64,000 nucleotides of DNA from NCBI GenBank assembly GCA_002104905.1, contig MCFE01000154.1, positions 62,001 to 126,000 of the forward strand, read 5' to 3'. The stretch is from Basidiobolus meristosporus CBS 931.73. Its lineage: Eukaryota > Fungi > Basidiobolomycota. The first letter of the stretch is position 1. Every line of letters begins with the position of its first letter. This document shows positions 15,517 through 28,826 of the stretch, piece by piece. Under the pieces are notes generated by a model. It was not told the DNA's origin and searched no databases. It was given only the letters and a program-made list of their open reading frames with translations. The position numbers and the translations under genes are program-made.

Positions 15517-15884
15517 TGTTACAAGTCTTGGTATAAGAGTAGTAGAGGAATAGGGAGTTTAGCTAGTATTGTATTCACTAAAACTTGAACTGATTTTTAT
15601 TGAGGTTCCAGCAGCTCCTTATATACATTTTGCCAGATCAATTGCTGACTAATTGTATTTCCTAATGTAGGTTGTGGCTGATGACTCATTTGATTGCATC
15701 ATCATCACCCAATAAGATCCTACTTAATATATCTATTTCTGTCTGATAAGGATCTGCTGATTCATTTGCTGACTAATGCTACTGAGTTCATAGATAATAC
15801 TGATATACTGATAACCTAAACATATACTAATTGATTTGACTAAAAACTGATCTAACTTAAACATTCAAGTGGCAGATCATAACA
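15517..15884 (-). repeat. 5' LTR of Gypsy D, followed on - by a tRNA-iMet-type PBS (TGGTAGCAG, about 15507-15515)
   Basis: Direct repeat of 7543-7910. The PBS is complementary to the 3' end of AGCAG-type initiator tRNA (established knowledge). Confidence 0.9.
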
Positions 15885-18198
15885 TTGGAAATCCGCCTTG
15901 CCTTGTTGATCCACACCTAAGTCCTTTCCTGGTCCTGCCTTACCCAGCCCTACTCTCCTGTCTTGTGTCTATTCATAACACCCAGAATTGACTGAATCCC
16001 ATCATAGTCAAGAAGAATTGCCAACAAGAAAACAGCTGTTTTCACAAGAGTTGGAAGCACAGCCAGTTGGGCTACACTCCAGCAAGGTAGATGAGTTTGC
16101 TGTAATAGGCATTTGTCAATCACAGCCTCCACACCCTCCATTGTTGACAGAGTGGAGATCTCACTGACAGACAAGGCTACAACATCAAGAGCTTGAAAGA
16201 CTATCATAATGCCTTCAGTGGAATTTTGGAACATTAATAGGCACACCAAGAGATTGCAGCACTTCTTCAAGTATAGTGCTCAAGAAACACACTGGAATAA
16301 TGCAAGGATTTATTGCAAAGACTGGTAGATAATGTGCTAGACCTTGCAGTGCTGGCAGAAGACCAGGACGTGTGGGAACCAGTGAATGAACAGTGTCATA
16401 AAGCTGCTGGGTTCCCACCAAAGTCATGGAACCAGAGTGTTACTGCAGAAATACTTAATGAGTGGTGAATATTAATTGAGCTACTTGTTGAGTGTGGGGT
16501 TGGGCTTAATGTTAGTGTAAGGTATAGGGACTTCTATAGGTCAATACAATTGGCAATTGAGGTAAAACTGAAGTTTCAACGGAAATAAACCAATTTGTAT
16601 ACATGAAAAGTAAGAGAAACCCTTGAGTCAGAAAGTAAGGAGTGTGAAAAAGAAGCAATAGCCAACCAATGCACACAAACATAGTAGGTGATGGAGTGAC
16701 TGGGATTGGAAGGTGAGTCAATTGGCAAGGAACCAATCAAAAGCCACTTATGTATTGTAGTGAAGAAAAGTTTTGACCAACTTTTTTGTGAAATCTGGGG
16801 TGCAATTATTTTTCAACAGTGTCCTGACAGGATCAGTACCTCTTAGTCATAGGACCTTAGCTTTGTGATGGCCTTTTGATGGGATCTTTACAATAACTTC
16901 TCATAGGGGATATGTCCAAATCTTCTTTGCCAAAGCATTGGTATTTCTTCATGTAAGTTACTTATATTGGCTTCCAGATATGATGGAATACAAGTTAACT
17001 TATACATAACCTGATCTCTGATACCAAGAGCAGTATGAGAACCATATTGATCTGCAATTCTGTATCCAGAATTGTTTAAGATAAAACTGAGTCTTTCTGC
17101 TGTGGCCTTGCTTACAGATAGTAGGTCCTTCGCTATTTCCGGTACATAGAGTACTTCTTTAAAGGTCTGTGTATGGCTTATTTTACTGCTACTAAGGTTT
17201 ACTTGGATGGTCCTTCTCTCACTGCATAAAGTGTTCTATTGTCACCCATGAAAACCTTCTTAATTGGAATTTCTTGATATTGGGTAAAAAGTTCTTTTTG
17301 GTGTGTAAAGTGATGAGGTGCTCCAGAGTCAATATACCTTGACTGAGAATCCTTGTGTTTGGTCATATTTAGTGCAGATATGAATTGTCTATCTTTAGTT
17401 ATTGCAGCATTTCCATATTTAGGCTTCTTTTGCTGATTATCTCTTGTTTTGAGACACTAGTTGGATGTGTGTCTTTTCCTTTTGCAGTAATTGCAAAAAG
17501 GTGGGTATTGCCTTTAAAGGTTTTGGTATCTTCTTTGTTGGTTATCATTGCTTATTAAAGCATTTTCTTCTTCCTTCTTATTGGTGCTTACTTTTCTTAA
17601 TTCTTGCTCCAAAAGCCTTCCATATACATAATTTAAGGTCAATTCTTCAGTTCTGGACTCTAGGGCTGATACAAGGCCTTGAAACTTGTCTATCAGGCTA
17701 TTCTGGATGATTACAATCACATCCTCATCAATAGTTGGTATGCCCACAGATTCCATCTCATCCATCAGCAGGGTAGTTTGATTAATTGTACTTTGCATTT
17801 CTTCTCCTGGCAGCATCTTTGTAGTAAAGAGCTTTTGTCTTAGATACATTTTCTTAGTAGCTGAACATGACTGGTAGGTGTCTTCTAATGCCTTCCAGGC
17901 ATTCTTTGCCATTTTTGCTCTCCAGCATTGAATTAGCAGTTTGCCTTTGCCATTAAGGCAAATGCAGTTAAGGCCACTTTGTTCTTTCTTCTTGTACTTT
18001 AAGGATTCCTCTCCCACATTTTTGGGAGAGCATTCTTTTCCTATGACCATATTGCAAAGGCTTCTTTCTTGTAGCAGCATCATCATCTTGACCCTCTATA
18101 TATGGTAGTTAGATCCATCCAATGTTTCAACAGAGGAAAAAATTCCAGTAACTGCCATAGTAGACATTGAAGAGAGTGACAGCTTGAGGCTCATTACC

Positions 18199-18523
18199 TG
18201 TTGTAAGTGTCTTGGAGATACTGGAAGTGATTGGAAGAACAAGTAGATTTTGTGATTTTCACCTCATCATTCACTGAGTGTGAAGTTGTATGAATACTTT
18301 TATATGATCTTGGCATTACAAACACATAGAATATGCTAAGAAAGATCTCAAGAACATATGTGCAAAGTGTGGGGCTATTTGGACAACTTTGAAAATTTTC
18401 ATGTTCATGGTACCTGATATATTGGTGAAAATATTTCAAGTAATTCCTGAGAAGGAGTTTGGTAATGATCCAAGTCACTAAGTAAGGTGAATATTTTAGC
18501 TGGAATTATGAATTTTTATAACA
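18199..18523 (-). repeat. 5' LTR of Copia copy 1, followed directly by PBS GGTAATGAGCC
   Basis: TGTTGTAAG..TTTATAACA, homologous to the LTRs at 22242-22589 and 49203-49551. Confidence 0.85.
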
Positions 18524-21500
18524 GTTAATATGGGTGCTGGTGATGTTATGATGGCCACTTGCTGGTCTTCAACTGAAGGTACTGCTTTTGCCATACTCTC
18601 CTCTGTCTCAGCAATATGGTCAGCTTGCTGCTCTGCAGATATTCCCAATTGCCTACTTGACTGAGAGCCTGAGGATTCCACATTACTCCCTTCAGTGGGC
18701 ACACTGTCCACAGGGCCTTTTTTTATTGTAGCCCTGCTTGTGGCACTGAATATCAAAGCAAGTTGTTGTCCAACAATTTTTCTCCTGCTCTCAGGGGTGG
18801 GGTTTGGTTGGGGACCAGACAACTTTGCTTTATTTTCTGGCATCATAGATATGGAAGTGCGTTGAACCAAAGGGGTAATGGTGTCACATATATATGTGTA
18901 TGTGGTGCCACAACTTTATTTATAGTGCTTGCTATGGCAGGTCATCATTTAATCTTATGTTCATGTAGGTTCAATGTTTCAAACACAAGACTGTCTTTTA
19001 TTCACATGAGTATTGACCAAAAAGTGATATAATAGTGTTGTGTTGTTGAGTGTCAAACTGTTTGCCCTATGGACAAGACTACTTTGATTCAATGCCATAA
19101 GAGAAGAAAAAAAGACCATGTGGCTATTGTAGTAAGTCTCTCAGCTATGAAGCACACAGACAGCATAGGTAGGATCACAAGGAACAAGGCCAGAGTTTTG
19201 CTACAAAAGTTGTATTAGACCATTCACCAGTAACCACTGTACCAAATATCTTGTTGGCCACTGGATACTTGTGATAGCTCCAAAGGAGCAGGCTCACTGA
19301 TGGACTGTGAGCCTATCTTCCCTAACAACAGTACCCTGCATAAGCCTGGCAAAATCCCTTTATGCAACAAGACAACACCTGTGGAAAAGAATGCTAAGAA
19401 TACTTTATGGAGTCAAGTGAGCCCATTAATCCATCTACTGGTGAATGATGCGGTGTTGTAGCTAGTGAAGTGGCACATTTCTACTAATATCAGTAATGGG
19501 GGCATTGAGGATTTACTACTACTTCTAGCCAAAATCATCTCTGGATGCAACTTACTATATACATGGTACAGTGGAAAACTGTCATGTGGCTTGCAACATA
19601 TGACCCAGAGACTGTTCTGATATCACCATGTTTTTGCAGTGGCACAGTGTTCACACCAAAAAATGCCACTATTACAAAGTGGCCAACTTGTGAGGAATTC
19701 ACCACTATTGGGGAATAACATTGTTCAGACTCTGGATATATTCCAGTAACACCCTGTATAAATAAGCTCATGTAGTCCAGCAAATATTGTGTAGCTATAA
19801 AGTAGCACATTCAGTATTAATCAAGAACAAGCATATCAGATATATTTGATAGCAAGCATTACAAGCAGCTTAGGAGCAAGGGCTACTTTGAAGGTATGTA
19901 TAACCATGCCTTTGCCTTAGCACTTGATGGATTCTCATGAAACAAGTATTCCACCAGCAAATCATGCTGGCCACTGATTGTCATCAACCTGAACCTGCCA
20001 CCAAGCTTATGGTATCATAGCAGAAGACTATTGGTAGACTTGCTGGTATCTGGGCCCAGATCACCATCCAACCTGGAAAGCTGCCTGTATCCATTGATGT
20101 ATGAATTTTGTATGACTTCCAGGGAGATAACAGTAAATGGCCAGCATGTAAAAGCACATATTACTATATACATTGGGGATACCCCAGCCATCAGCAAGAT
20201 AGCTGGCATTTATGGGCACAGTGGACAGTATTGATGTTGAATGTGTGAGATCCAGGATTACTCCATAACACACTCATCATTATTACTTAAACACCAACAC
20301 TAAAAACATCATCTTTCCACCAAGAAAATGTACAGAAGTCAGCAAGCAATTGCAGCAAAGTTGGCAAGCTATCAGCCATTGGCCAAAATATGGATTTTAT
20401 TGGAAGCCAGAGACACTGAAGATAGAGGGCTCTGTTTAAGCAAAAGCTTGGCACTGGCAGCAATGCATTTGCTTTCAGCAATATCCCTATACTGATAACC
20501 AAGTTGTACATGGGGTGTTTCAAGCTAAATGAGCTCTTTGAGATACCACAGAAATTTGAAAGAATTGGCAAGATATTAAGAAGTATCCACTACCCTAAGT
20601 ACTTACCACAGGCTCCAATCAACATTCATATTCATATGCAACAATACAAGTGCAAGGACTGGATAAACTGGATATGTACTTATTCAAGTGGCCTTCTGAA
20701 GCCATTTTTACTAAGAGTACATTGGAAGCCCTGGGAGTAATATGTGGACATTATAGGCATATTTATCTAGAAGCAGATCACCAACACCAACTTGAAGTAT
20801 CTTCAGCTTTTGTGTTAAGAGTTTGTGATGGGATTTGTGTGGCAATTCTACAAACATAAAGCTGAACACATAGATCTCTGCTGCTGATGTATCCATTTGC
20901 TACTCCATCTTGCTTGGTGAGTTGAGAATATTTGACCTTGCTTCACCTTTTGGGAGCTTCCTATGGAGTGGATGTGTGGGGAGATAGGAACAATAGTCAA
21001 GTTGCTAGTACTACAATATACCAATCTCATCAATAATATTACTTTCAAGTCCATCCTGGATGTGATGAGCTGGAACATGGAAGACAGCCAAGAAGAGTTG
21101 CAAAATACTGAGAACATAGGTGCACATGAAGACACCTATGCCTATGGCATTTGGAAACTAAGCAGCCCCAATATGTAGGTAATCAGTTACATTATGCAAA
21201 GTTGGGTTTGGTGCAATATGTAACTGATTTTTATTAGGGAAACACTACCAAGGTATGCTGGATTTCTTTTGGTCATAAGCCAATTCCCACACAATTCAAT
21301 ATGAAACTCAGGCAAACCAGAGCCAGAACGCACCTATCAGGAGGAGTAGAATCCAGCAGGGAGAAGGAATATATTGGCTAAATACCAAAAAGTTCTTTGC
21401 AGATATTCAGGAGGTATCCATGGCAGAAGTGGTGGCAACTAGGCACCTGTTTGCAAGATGTATATTTAACCAGCAATACAAGGTATATGGCAATTTTGCA

Positions 21501-22135
21501 AGCATCACACTATAGAGCCGTAAAGTTGAGGTGACAGAAGTATGTGAATTGTTGCAGGTATGCAGGTTTGTAGAGGTTGGTAAGCTGGAGGCCATTATAT
21601 TCCTTGATTCAAACTATATGTGGAATACCCAAGGTAGTAGTTGGTAAGCATAGAAAGAGGGGTGATTCAGCTGTGGAATAAGTGAATTGCACAACAGGGG
21701 TAGAAAAGGAAATACCATTTGGTAAATTGGTATACTAGCACTACACAGAACTAGCTGTAGGCCACCATACTGCCATGATAATGCCATAAGAGGCTTGTAA
21801 AGAGGCTTGTAAAGAGGCCATCAAAACACCCTTAAGTTTTTTGCCATATAAGGCTGCTAGATGTACTGGCTGGTTAGATCCACTCTAATAGTTGTAAATT
21901 GCACTAAGACCACACCTACACTGTGCCATTCTTGGCAAAGCACCTTACAAACACTGTTATACTTTATCAACTTTATTTGGCAGTAAAATAAGCAAAACAA
22001 TATTGTGATCCCATCACACGATTGTGTAGATGGTTATTAATTCCAAGCTGCTGGTATTGCAACAGTCTCCTTACAGGATCTTGATGGCTGATCTGGATTG
22101 GATCCACCTGTGGGACCAAATTATATTTCATAGGG
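18524..22135 (+). mobile_element. Family A CACTA-like transposon, copy A4 (old; its left part lies beyond the inserted Copia 1)
   Basis: ORF1 5' part on - (to 18870), degenerate transposase on + (about 19070-21650) and right terminus ..TTATATTTCATAGGG at 22135. Confidence 0.85.
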
Positions 22136-22241
22136 GTTGTACATGGGGCATTTCAAGCTAAATGAGCCGTTTGAGATACTGGAGAAATTGGAGAGAACTG
22201 CTAAGAGACTGCACAGTATCTACTACCCTAAGTACTTCCCA
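22136..22241 (+). mobile_element. Internal fragment of a further family A transposase (apparent target of A4 and Copia 2)
   Basis: GTTGTACATGGGGCATTTCAAGCTAAATGAG.. matches about 27683-27785 of copy A1. Confidence 0.7.
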
Positions 22242-22589
22242 TGTTGTAAGAATGTTGGAGATATTGGAAGTGATTTGGAGGACAAGTAGATTATGTGTTT
22301 TTCACTTGATGATTTATTGGATGTAAAAGTAGTATTTATACTTTTACATGGTCTTGGCATTAAGAGCACACTGAATAGATTAAGGAAGGTCCCAGGAACA
22401 TGTGTGCAAAGTTTGGGCTGTTTGGATAACTTTGAGAATTTTCATGTTCTGGGTACCTGGTATTTTGGTGAAAATATTCCCAGTAGATCCCAACAAGGAA
22501 TTTAGTGAGTATTCTCTAGGATTTGAAAGTAATGGCCTAAGTGACTAAACTAGCAGAATATTTAGATGGAATTACAGATTTTTACAACA
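22242..22589 (-). repeat. 3' LTR of Copia copy 2
   Basis: TGTTGTAAG..TTACAACA, adjacent on - to a purine-rich tract GAGTGTGAG. Confidence 0.85.
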
Positions 22590-23857
22590 CTCACACTCAG
22601 CTAAATGTTCATACTGACTAGTCCTAATTTTGACCTTAGATATTCAAACTTGTCTCTGGCTAATGTTTTGTAAATATGTCTGCAATCATTTCTTCTGAAG
22701 GACAGTAAGCTATGCTAACTAAGTTATTCTCTATAGCTTTGTATGTTAAATGATGTGTAATATTTATGTGCCTAGTTCTGGCATGAAAAGCTGGATTTCT
22801 ACCTGATTGTATACATCCTTGATTATCTTGAAATAAAGTAATAAGCATTTTTTGACATAGGCCTACATCTGCAAAAGGTTTTCTTAACCACATTGATTCT
22901 TTTGTAGCTGCAAAGACTTCCATATACTCTGCCTCTGTGGTAGAAAGTGCTATGGTTAGATGCTTTCTTGAATTCCATGAAATTGCTCCTTGACAGTAAA
23001 AGAAGGTGTATCCTGTGGTGGATCTTCTGTCTTCTAAATTTCTTCTCCAATCAGCATTAGAGTATCCCACAAGGTCCTGTTCTGAATCCTTAAAAGTGTA
23101 TCTTGAGCAGATGTCAGCAGTTCCTTTCATATATCTAAAAATCTGCTTCACTGCTGCAATATGATCATGCCCATAGCTCTGATTATGCTGGCTGACAGCT
23201 CCCACTAAATATGAGATATCTGGACATGTCCCAAGCAAGATATATATCAGACTACCAATCATAGATTGATAAGGTAAGTCAGGCCTTTCAGATGGCACCA
23301 AGCTCTCTTGATTTGGTTGAGTTTTGACCAAGCTAAGGTTTGTCTCCATTGGGGTAGCTGCTGCTTTACAGTCATCCATTTGGTACTTCTTTAGTATATC
23401 TTGAATATACTTGGATTGGCTTAGGGTGATAGTCTGGGTACTTCTGTCTATGGAGAACTTAGTCCCTAAGTGGTAACTGAGTTCTCCTAGACTGGACATC
23501 TTGAGCTCCTTATAGGCTTGATATAGTCCTATGAAAAATTATTGAGATGATCCCGTCAAAAAGCCATCACAAAGTTAATGTCCCGTGACTGAGAGGTACT
23601 AATCTTGACATGACTCCGTCCAGAGACCGTTGAAAAATAATTGCACCCCAGATTTCACAAACAACTTCGTCAAAATTTTTCATCACATCGATGTATAAGT
23701 GGCCTTTGATTGGTTCCCTGCCAATATGCTCACTTTCTGATCCCAGACACTCTATTGCCTCCTATGTTTGTGTGAATTGATTGGCTATTGCCTCTTTTTC
23801 ACACTTCTTACTTGCTGACTCAGCCATTTCTCTTACTTTTCATGCGTACAAATTGAT

Positions 23858-25916
23858 TTATTTCCGTTGAAACTTCAGTTGTACCTCAATTGCCAATTGT
23901 ATTGACCTATACAAGTCTCTATACCCTACACTAACATTAAGCCCAACCTCACACTCAACAAGTAACTCCATTAAAATCCACCACTCAATATGTATTTCTG
24001 CTGTAACACTCTGGTTCCACAACTTTGGCGGGAACCCAATGGCTTTATGCCACTGTTCATTCACTGGTTCCCACACGTCCTGGTCTTCAGCTGGCACTGC
24101 AAGGTTTAGCTCCTCATCTGCCAGTCTTTTCAATAAATCCTTGCCCTATTCCAGTGCATTTTCTTGAGCACTGCTCTTGAAGAAGTGCTGCAACCTCTTG
24201 GTGTGCCTATTAATGTTCCAAAACTCCACTGAAGGCATTGTGATAGTCTTTTGAGCCCTTGATGTTGTAGCCTTGTCTGTCAGTGGGATCTCCACTCTGT
24301 CAACAATGAAGGCTGTGGAGGTTGTGGTTGACAAATTGCCTTTTTCAGCAAACTCATCTACCTTGCTGGAGTGTAGCTCAACTGGCTGCGCTTCCAACTC
24401 TTGTGAAAACAGCTGTTTTCTTGTTGGTAATTCTTCTTACCCTAAGTCTGTTCCTGGCTTGTGGCATTAATTGGCAATAACTGCAGTTTTTTTTGCATGC
24501 CTCCCTGTCTCAGGCTTGGGTAGACATTTTTCCCTTTACCTTTTCCTTTATCACTGCCAGGTCTTTCACTGCTACTTTGTCTGAGTGCTTCTTGTAAAGA
24601 ACTACATTTTCACCTGGATAAATTCTGCTCTGATGCATCTGTTTTGGCCTGCTTGTCCCTTGCTGGCACTCTTCTGGCAACCTGATGTTTCCTTTCAGCT
24701 TGTTTTGAGCTCTCAACTGTAGTTGTGACAGGCTCCTGTAAAAGCGGCTGGTTTTTATCACTGCCAGGTCCTTCACTGCTACTTTGACTGGGTGCTTCTT
24801 GAGTGGTACTATGCTTTTCCTTGATAAATGTTGTGCTGGTGCATCCATATCTGCCTGCTTGTCCTTAATTGGCACTCTTCCAGCTGCCTGACGTCACTTT
24901 GACGCTTGTCTGGAGCTTTTGGCCCTGCTTGTAACGGGCTCTTGAGGAAGCAGCTGGTTTTTAGCCATGGCACCCTTGTTCTTCTGCCTTTGATAGTTTC
25001 TGCTATTCTTAAGATACTTTCTTAGCATACCAATGCTGGCCCAAAATCCATTTGCCTGTTTGAATCCAGGATTATGCTCATGGAACAAGTCAAGTGCATT
25101 CTGCTTGGCCTTGAGTTCCTGATGGTCCCATGGTATGATGGCCTTAAGGTGATGGCATGCTAGACTTCTGACAGCCTCTTGTATATTAGCCCACTCTTCA
25201 TTATTGCACTCAACGGCTTCACCGATCTTCAATGTCTTTTGATTTTTAGGCTTTGGTATGTACACCACATTGTCTCCCTCCAATGCTGTGATAGGCTTTT
25301 CTGTGGGCTTTATCTTTGGGCACTGTGATTGTGCTTCAAAGACTGTACGGTGTTCCTCTGCTGTTACATCAGGAAATGGCTCAATTCTTGGCTGTGACAT
25401 TGAGCTACTTGAGTTGCTTCTTTGCAGCAAAGATACTGCTTTCTCTACCTGGGATATTGATTGCTCTACACGTATTATCCACTCATCCTGTTTCTGGACT
25501 ATTTCCTGATTTCTCTGGGCCATTGCATCTATCCTATCAGCCACTGCACCTAATTGCTTCATTAATGCTTTGGTATGAGCTGACAACATACTTGCTAATA
25601 TGGGTGGTGGTGATGTTATTTTGGCCACTTGCTGATCTTCAACAGAGGGTACTGCATTTGCTACATTCTCATCTGCCTGAGCATAACGGTCAGCTTGTGG
25701 CTCCACAGAGGTTCTCAATTGCCTACTTGACTGAGAGCCTGAGGAGTCCTCATTATTACCTTCAATGGGCACACTGTCCACAGGGCCTTTTTTGGATGTA
25801 GCCCCGCTTGTTGTACTGAATGTCAAAGCAAGCTGTTGTCCAACCATTCTTCTGTTGCCGTCAGCGGCAGGGTTTGGTTGAGAACCAGATAACTTTGCTT
25901 TATTTTTTGGCGGCAT
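23858..25916 (-). pseudogene. Family A ORF1 (accessory protein of unknown function, about 650-680 aa when reassembled), interrupted
   Basis: ATG at 25916 (MPPKNKAKL..). Fragments 24894-25916, 24510-24875, 24146-24397 and 23858-24133 have homologues in A2, A3 and A4. Confidence 0.75.
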
Positions 25917-26137
25917 ATATATGGAAGTGAGTCAAACCAAAGGGGAAATAGTGTTACATATACGTGTGTATGTGGTGCCACAACTTTATTTATATTGCAT
26001 ACTATGGCAGGTCATCATTGAATCTTACACTCATGTAGGTGCAATGTCTCAATACAAGACCGTCTTAAGTTCACATGAGTATTGACCAAAAAGTGATATA
26101 ATAGTGTTACGTTGTTGAAGGTCAAACTGTTTGCCCC

Positions 26138-28826
26138 ATGGGCAAGACTACTTTGACTCAACGCCGTAAGAGAAGAGAAAAAAGACCGTGTGGCTATTGT
26201 GGCAAGCCTCTCGCCATGAAGCATGCGGACAGCATAGGAAGTATTACAAGGATCACCGCCAGTATTTTGCCACCCAAATCATATTTGACCATTCATTGGT
26301 CACAACTGTACCAACGTTATCTTGCTGGCCAGTTGATACTTCTATATTGGCACCTGGCCATCTTTGTCACCTTGCGCAAACTGAGTCAGGTGAGTTTGTG
26401 ATGCCTTTAGGCTCACCTCAGCCTTCTGAATATGGCATGCAGAGTGATAGCTCTGATAAAGAAGATTCACTGATGGATTTTGAGCCTATCTCCCCTAACA
26501 ACAGTACCACGTATGAGCCCGGTCAAATCCCTATATGCAATGAGACAACACCTGTTGAGACAAATGCCAAGGATACTTTATGGAGCCAAGTGAGCCCAGT
26601 AACCCATCTACTGGTGAATGATGTGATGTTCTGGCTAGAGAAGTGGTGTGTTTCCACTTATATCAGTAATGGGGCTTTGAGGATTTATTACTACTTCTTG
26701 CCAAAATCATACTGGGATGCAACTTACCATGTACATGGTACAAGTGGACAACTGTCATGAGGCTGGCAACATATGATCCAGAAACTGTCCTGATTCCAGC
26801 ATGTGTTAACAATTGCATGGCATTAACATCCAAAAATGCTACCATTGCAATGTGTCCAAATTGTCAGAATCCACCACCATTGAGGGAAAACATTGTTCAC
26901 ACTCCGGATATATTCCGGTCATACCCTGTCTGAGAAAGCTGATGCAGTCCGACAAATATTGCAAAGCTATACAGTACCGCACTCAGTATCAATCAAGCGC
27001 AAACATATCTGATATGTTTGATGGCAAACATTACAAACAGCTAAGAAGCAAGGGCTACTTTGAAGGTATGTATGACCATGCCTTTGCTTTAGCACATGAT
27101 GGATTCTCATTAAACAAGTACTCTACCAGCAAATCCTGCTGGCCACTGATTCTCATCAATCTGAATCTGCCGCCCATCTTACAGTATCATAGCAATAATC
27201 TGATGGTAGTCTCACTGGTATCTGGGCCTAAATTACCGTCCAACCTGGATAGCTACCTGTATCCATTGCTGAATGAATTTTGTATGCTTTCCAGCGGGAT
27301 AACGGTGAATAGCTGTCATGTAAAAGCGCATATTATTATCTGCATTGGAGATACCCCAGCCATCAGCAAGATAGCAGGTTTTTCCAGGCACAATGGACGG
27401 TATTGCTGTTAAACGTGTGAGATCCAGGGGATTTACTCCATAACTCACACACATTATTATTATCCAAACACCAGCACTAAGAACATCATCTTTCCACAGA
27501 GAGAACGTGCAGAAGTAAGCATGCAATTGCAGCAAAGTTGGCAAGCTATAAGCCATTGGCCGGTATATGGAATCAATCAGAAACCAGAGATACTTAAGAT
27601 TGAGGGTATCTGTTGGAGCAAAAGCTTTCCACAGGGAGCTATGCACTTGCTTTTCAACAATATCCCTATACTGATGAACAAGTTGTACATGGGGCATTTA
27701 AAGCTAAATGAGCCCTTCAAGATGCCGGAGAAATTTGAAAAAATTGGCAAGATATTTTAGAGTATCTGCTACCCTAAGTACTTCTTACGGGCCCCAATTA
27801 ATATTCATACACATATGCAACAATACAAATGCAAAGACTGGATGAACTGGATTTGTATTTATTCAAGTGGTGTTCTGAAGCCATTCCTACCAAGAGTATA
27901 TTGGAAGCATTGGGAGTCATATGTGGACATTGTAGGAATATTTATCCACAAGCAGATCACCAATGCCAACTTGACGCATCTACAGCTGTTGTGTGAGGAG
28001 TTTGTGATGGGATTTGAGCGGCTATACTACAAACATAAAGCTGAATGTGTAGATATCTGCCGCTACTGTATCCATTCTCTACTCCATCTTGCACAGTGTG
28101 TGGAGAATATTGGGCCTTGCTTCACCTTTTGTGAGTTTCCTATGGAGCGGATGTGTGGGGAGATAGGAAGACAAGTCAAGTTGCAGGTACTACCATATCC
28201 CAATATCATCAAGAATATTACCTTCAAGTCCATCATGGATGTGATGAGTTGGCACATGGAGGACAGCCAGAAAGAGTTGGAAAATACTGAGGGCAAATGT
28301 GCATGTGGAGACACCTATGCCTATGGCATTAAGAAGCTAAGCAGCCCCAATGCGTGGGCAATCAGTTAAGTAATGCAAAGTTGGGTTGGGTGCAACAAGC
28401 AACTAATTTTTATCAGGAAAACTCCACCAAGATATGCCGGATTTCTTGTGGTCACAAGCCAACTTCTACACCATTCAACATGGAATTCACACAAACAAAA
28501 GCCAGAGCGCACCTATAAGGGGGACTAGAATCCAGCAGGGAGAAGGAATATATTGGCTAAATACCAAGAAGTTCTTTGTGGATATTCAGGAGGTATTCAT
28601 GGCAGAAGTGGCAACAACCAAGCATATTTTTGCAAGATGTATATGCTACCAGCAGTACAAGGTATATGGCAACTTTGCAAGTATCACGCTAAAAAGCCGT
28701 AAAGTTGAGGTGATAGAAGTATGTCAATTGCGGCAGGTGTGCATGTTTGTAGAGGTTAGTAAGCAGGGGGCCATAGTTTTTTTTGATTCAAACTATATGT
28801 GGAATACCCAAGGTAGTAGTGGGTAA
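26138..28826 (+). pseudogene. Transposase_21 (En/Spm Tnp2-like) transposase with N-terminal CxxC..H motif, frameshifted
   Basis: Motifs DMFDGKHY, ALAHDGF, SCWPLILINLNLPP, SGPKLPSNLDSYLYPL, IGDTPA, G(R)YCC, HSLLHLA and FPMERMCG are characteristic of CACTA transposases. Spread over several frames. Confidence 0.88.

Larger units (their letters stand above)
7543..15884 (-). mobile_element. Ty3/Gypsy LTR retrotransposon D (two LTRs, pseudogenised gag-pol, no chromodomain seen)
   Basis: 368-bp LTRs at 7543-7910 and 15517-15884 (TGTTACAA..CATAACA, about 8 mismatches by eye), 4-bp TSD TTGG. PBS TGGTAGCAGC next to the 5' LTR and PPT TAGGGGAGAA next to the 3' LTR. Domains: gag 15021-15458, CCHC knuckle CFNCHQQGHIAKYC, protease IDSGA, RT YLDDILI, RNase H CTDA and integrase 11881-12219. 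Confidence 0.95.
7107..15980. repeat. Solo LTR of about 530 bp (7107-7542 plus 15889-15980), split by the Gypsy D insertion
   Basis: Starts TGTCATGA and ends TCATAACA, flanked by the 5-bp TSD CCCAG (7102-7106, 15981-15985). The empty site ACAAGCCCAGAATTGACTGAATCC restores family A ORF1. Confidence 0.8.
1888..16908 (-). mobile_element. CACTA/EnSpm-like (CMC) DNA transposon family A, copy A3. Own segments are 1888-7106 and 15981-16908.
   Basis: Termini CCCTATGAATAAAATT (1888) and AATAACTTCTCATAGGG (16908), with a 4-bp TSD GATA on both sides. Degenerate transposase on - (about 2100-5820) and ORF1 on + (6185-6712 and beyond), homologous to the copy at 23507-29305. Confidence 0.9.
1..18523 (-). 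mobile_element. Ty1/Copia LTR retrotransposon copy 1 (degenerate). Own segments are 1-1887 and 16909-18523, and the 3' part runs off the window.
   Basis: Minus-strand remnants of gag (17514-18086, YQSCSATKKMYLRQKLFTTKM), GAG-pre-integrase/integrase (1557-1871, CEACIYWKQ..ILHSDLCG..FSDDYTR) and RT (129-407, SNADYSIY..DCKPAATSMETN). 5' LTR at 18199-18523. Removing the 1888-16908 insert restores ..TTT GGA CAT ATC AAT TTT.. (FGHINF). Confidence 0.9.
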
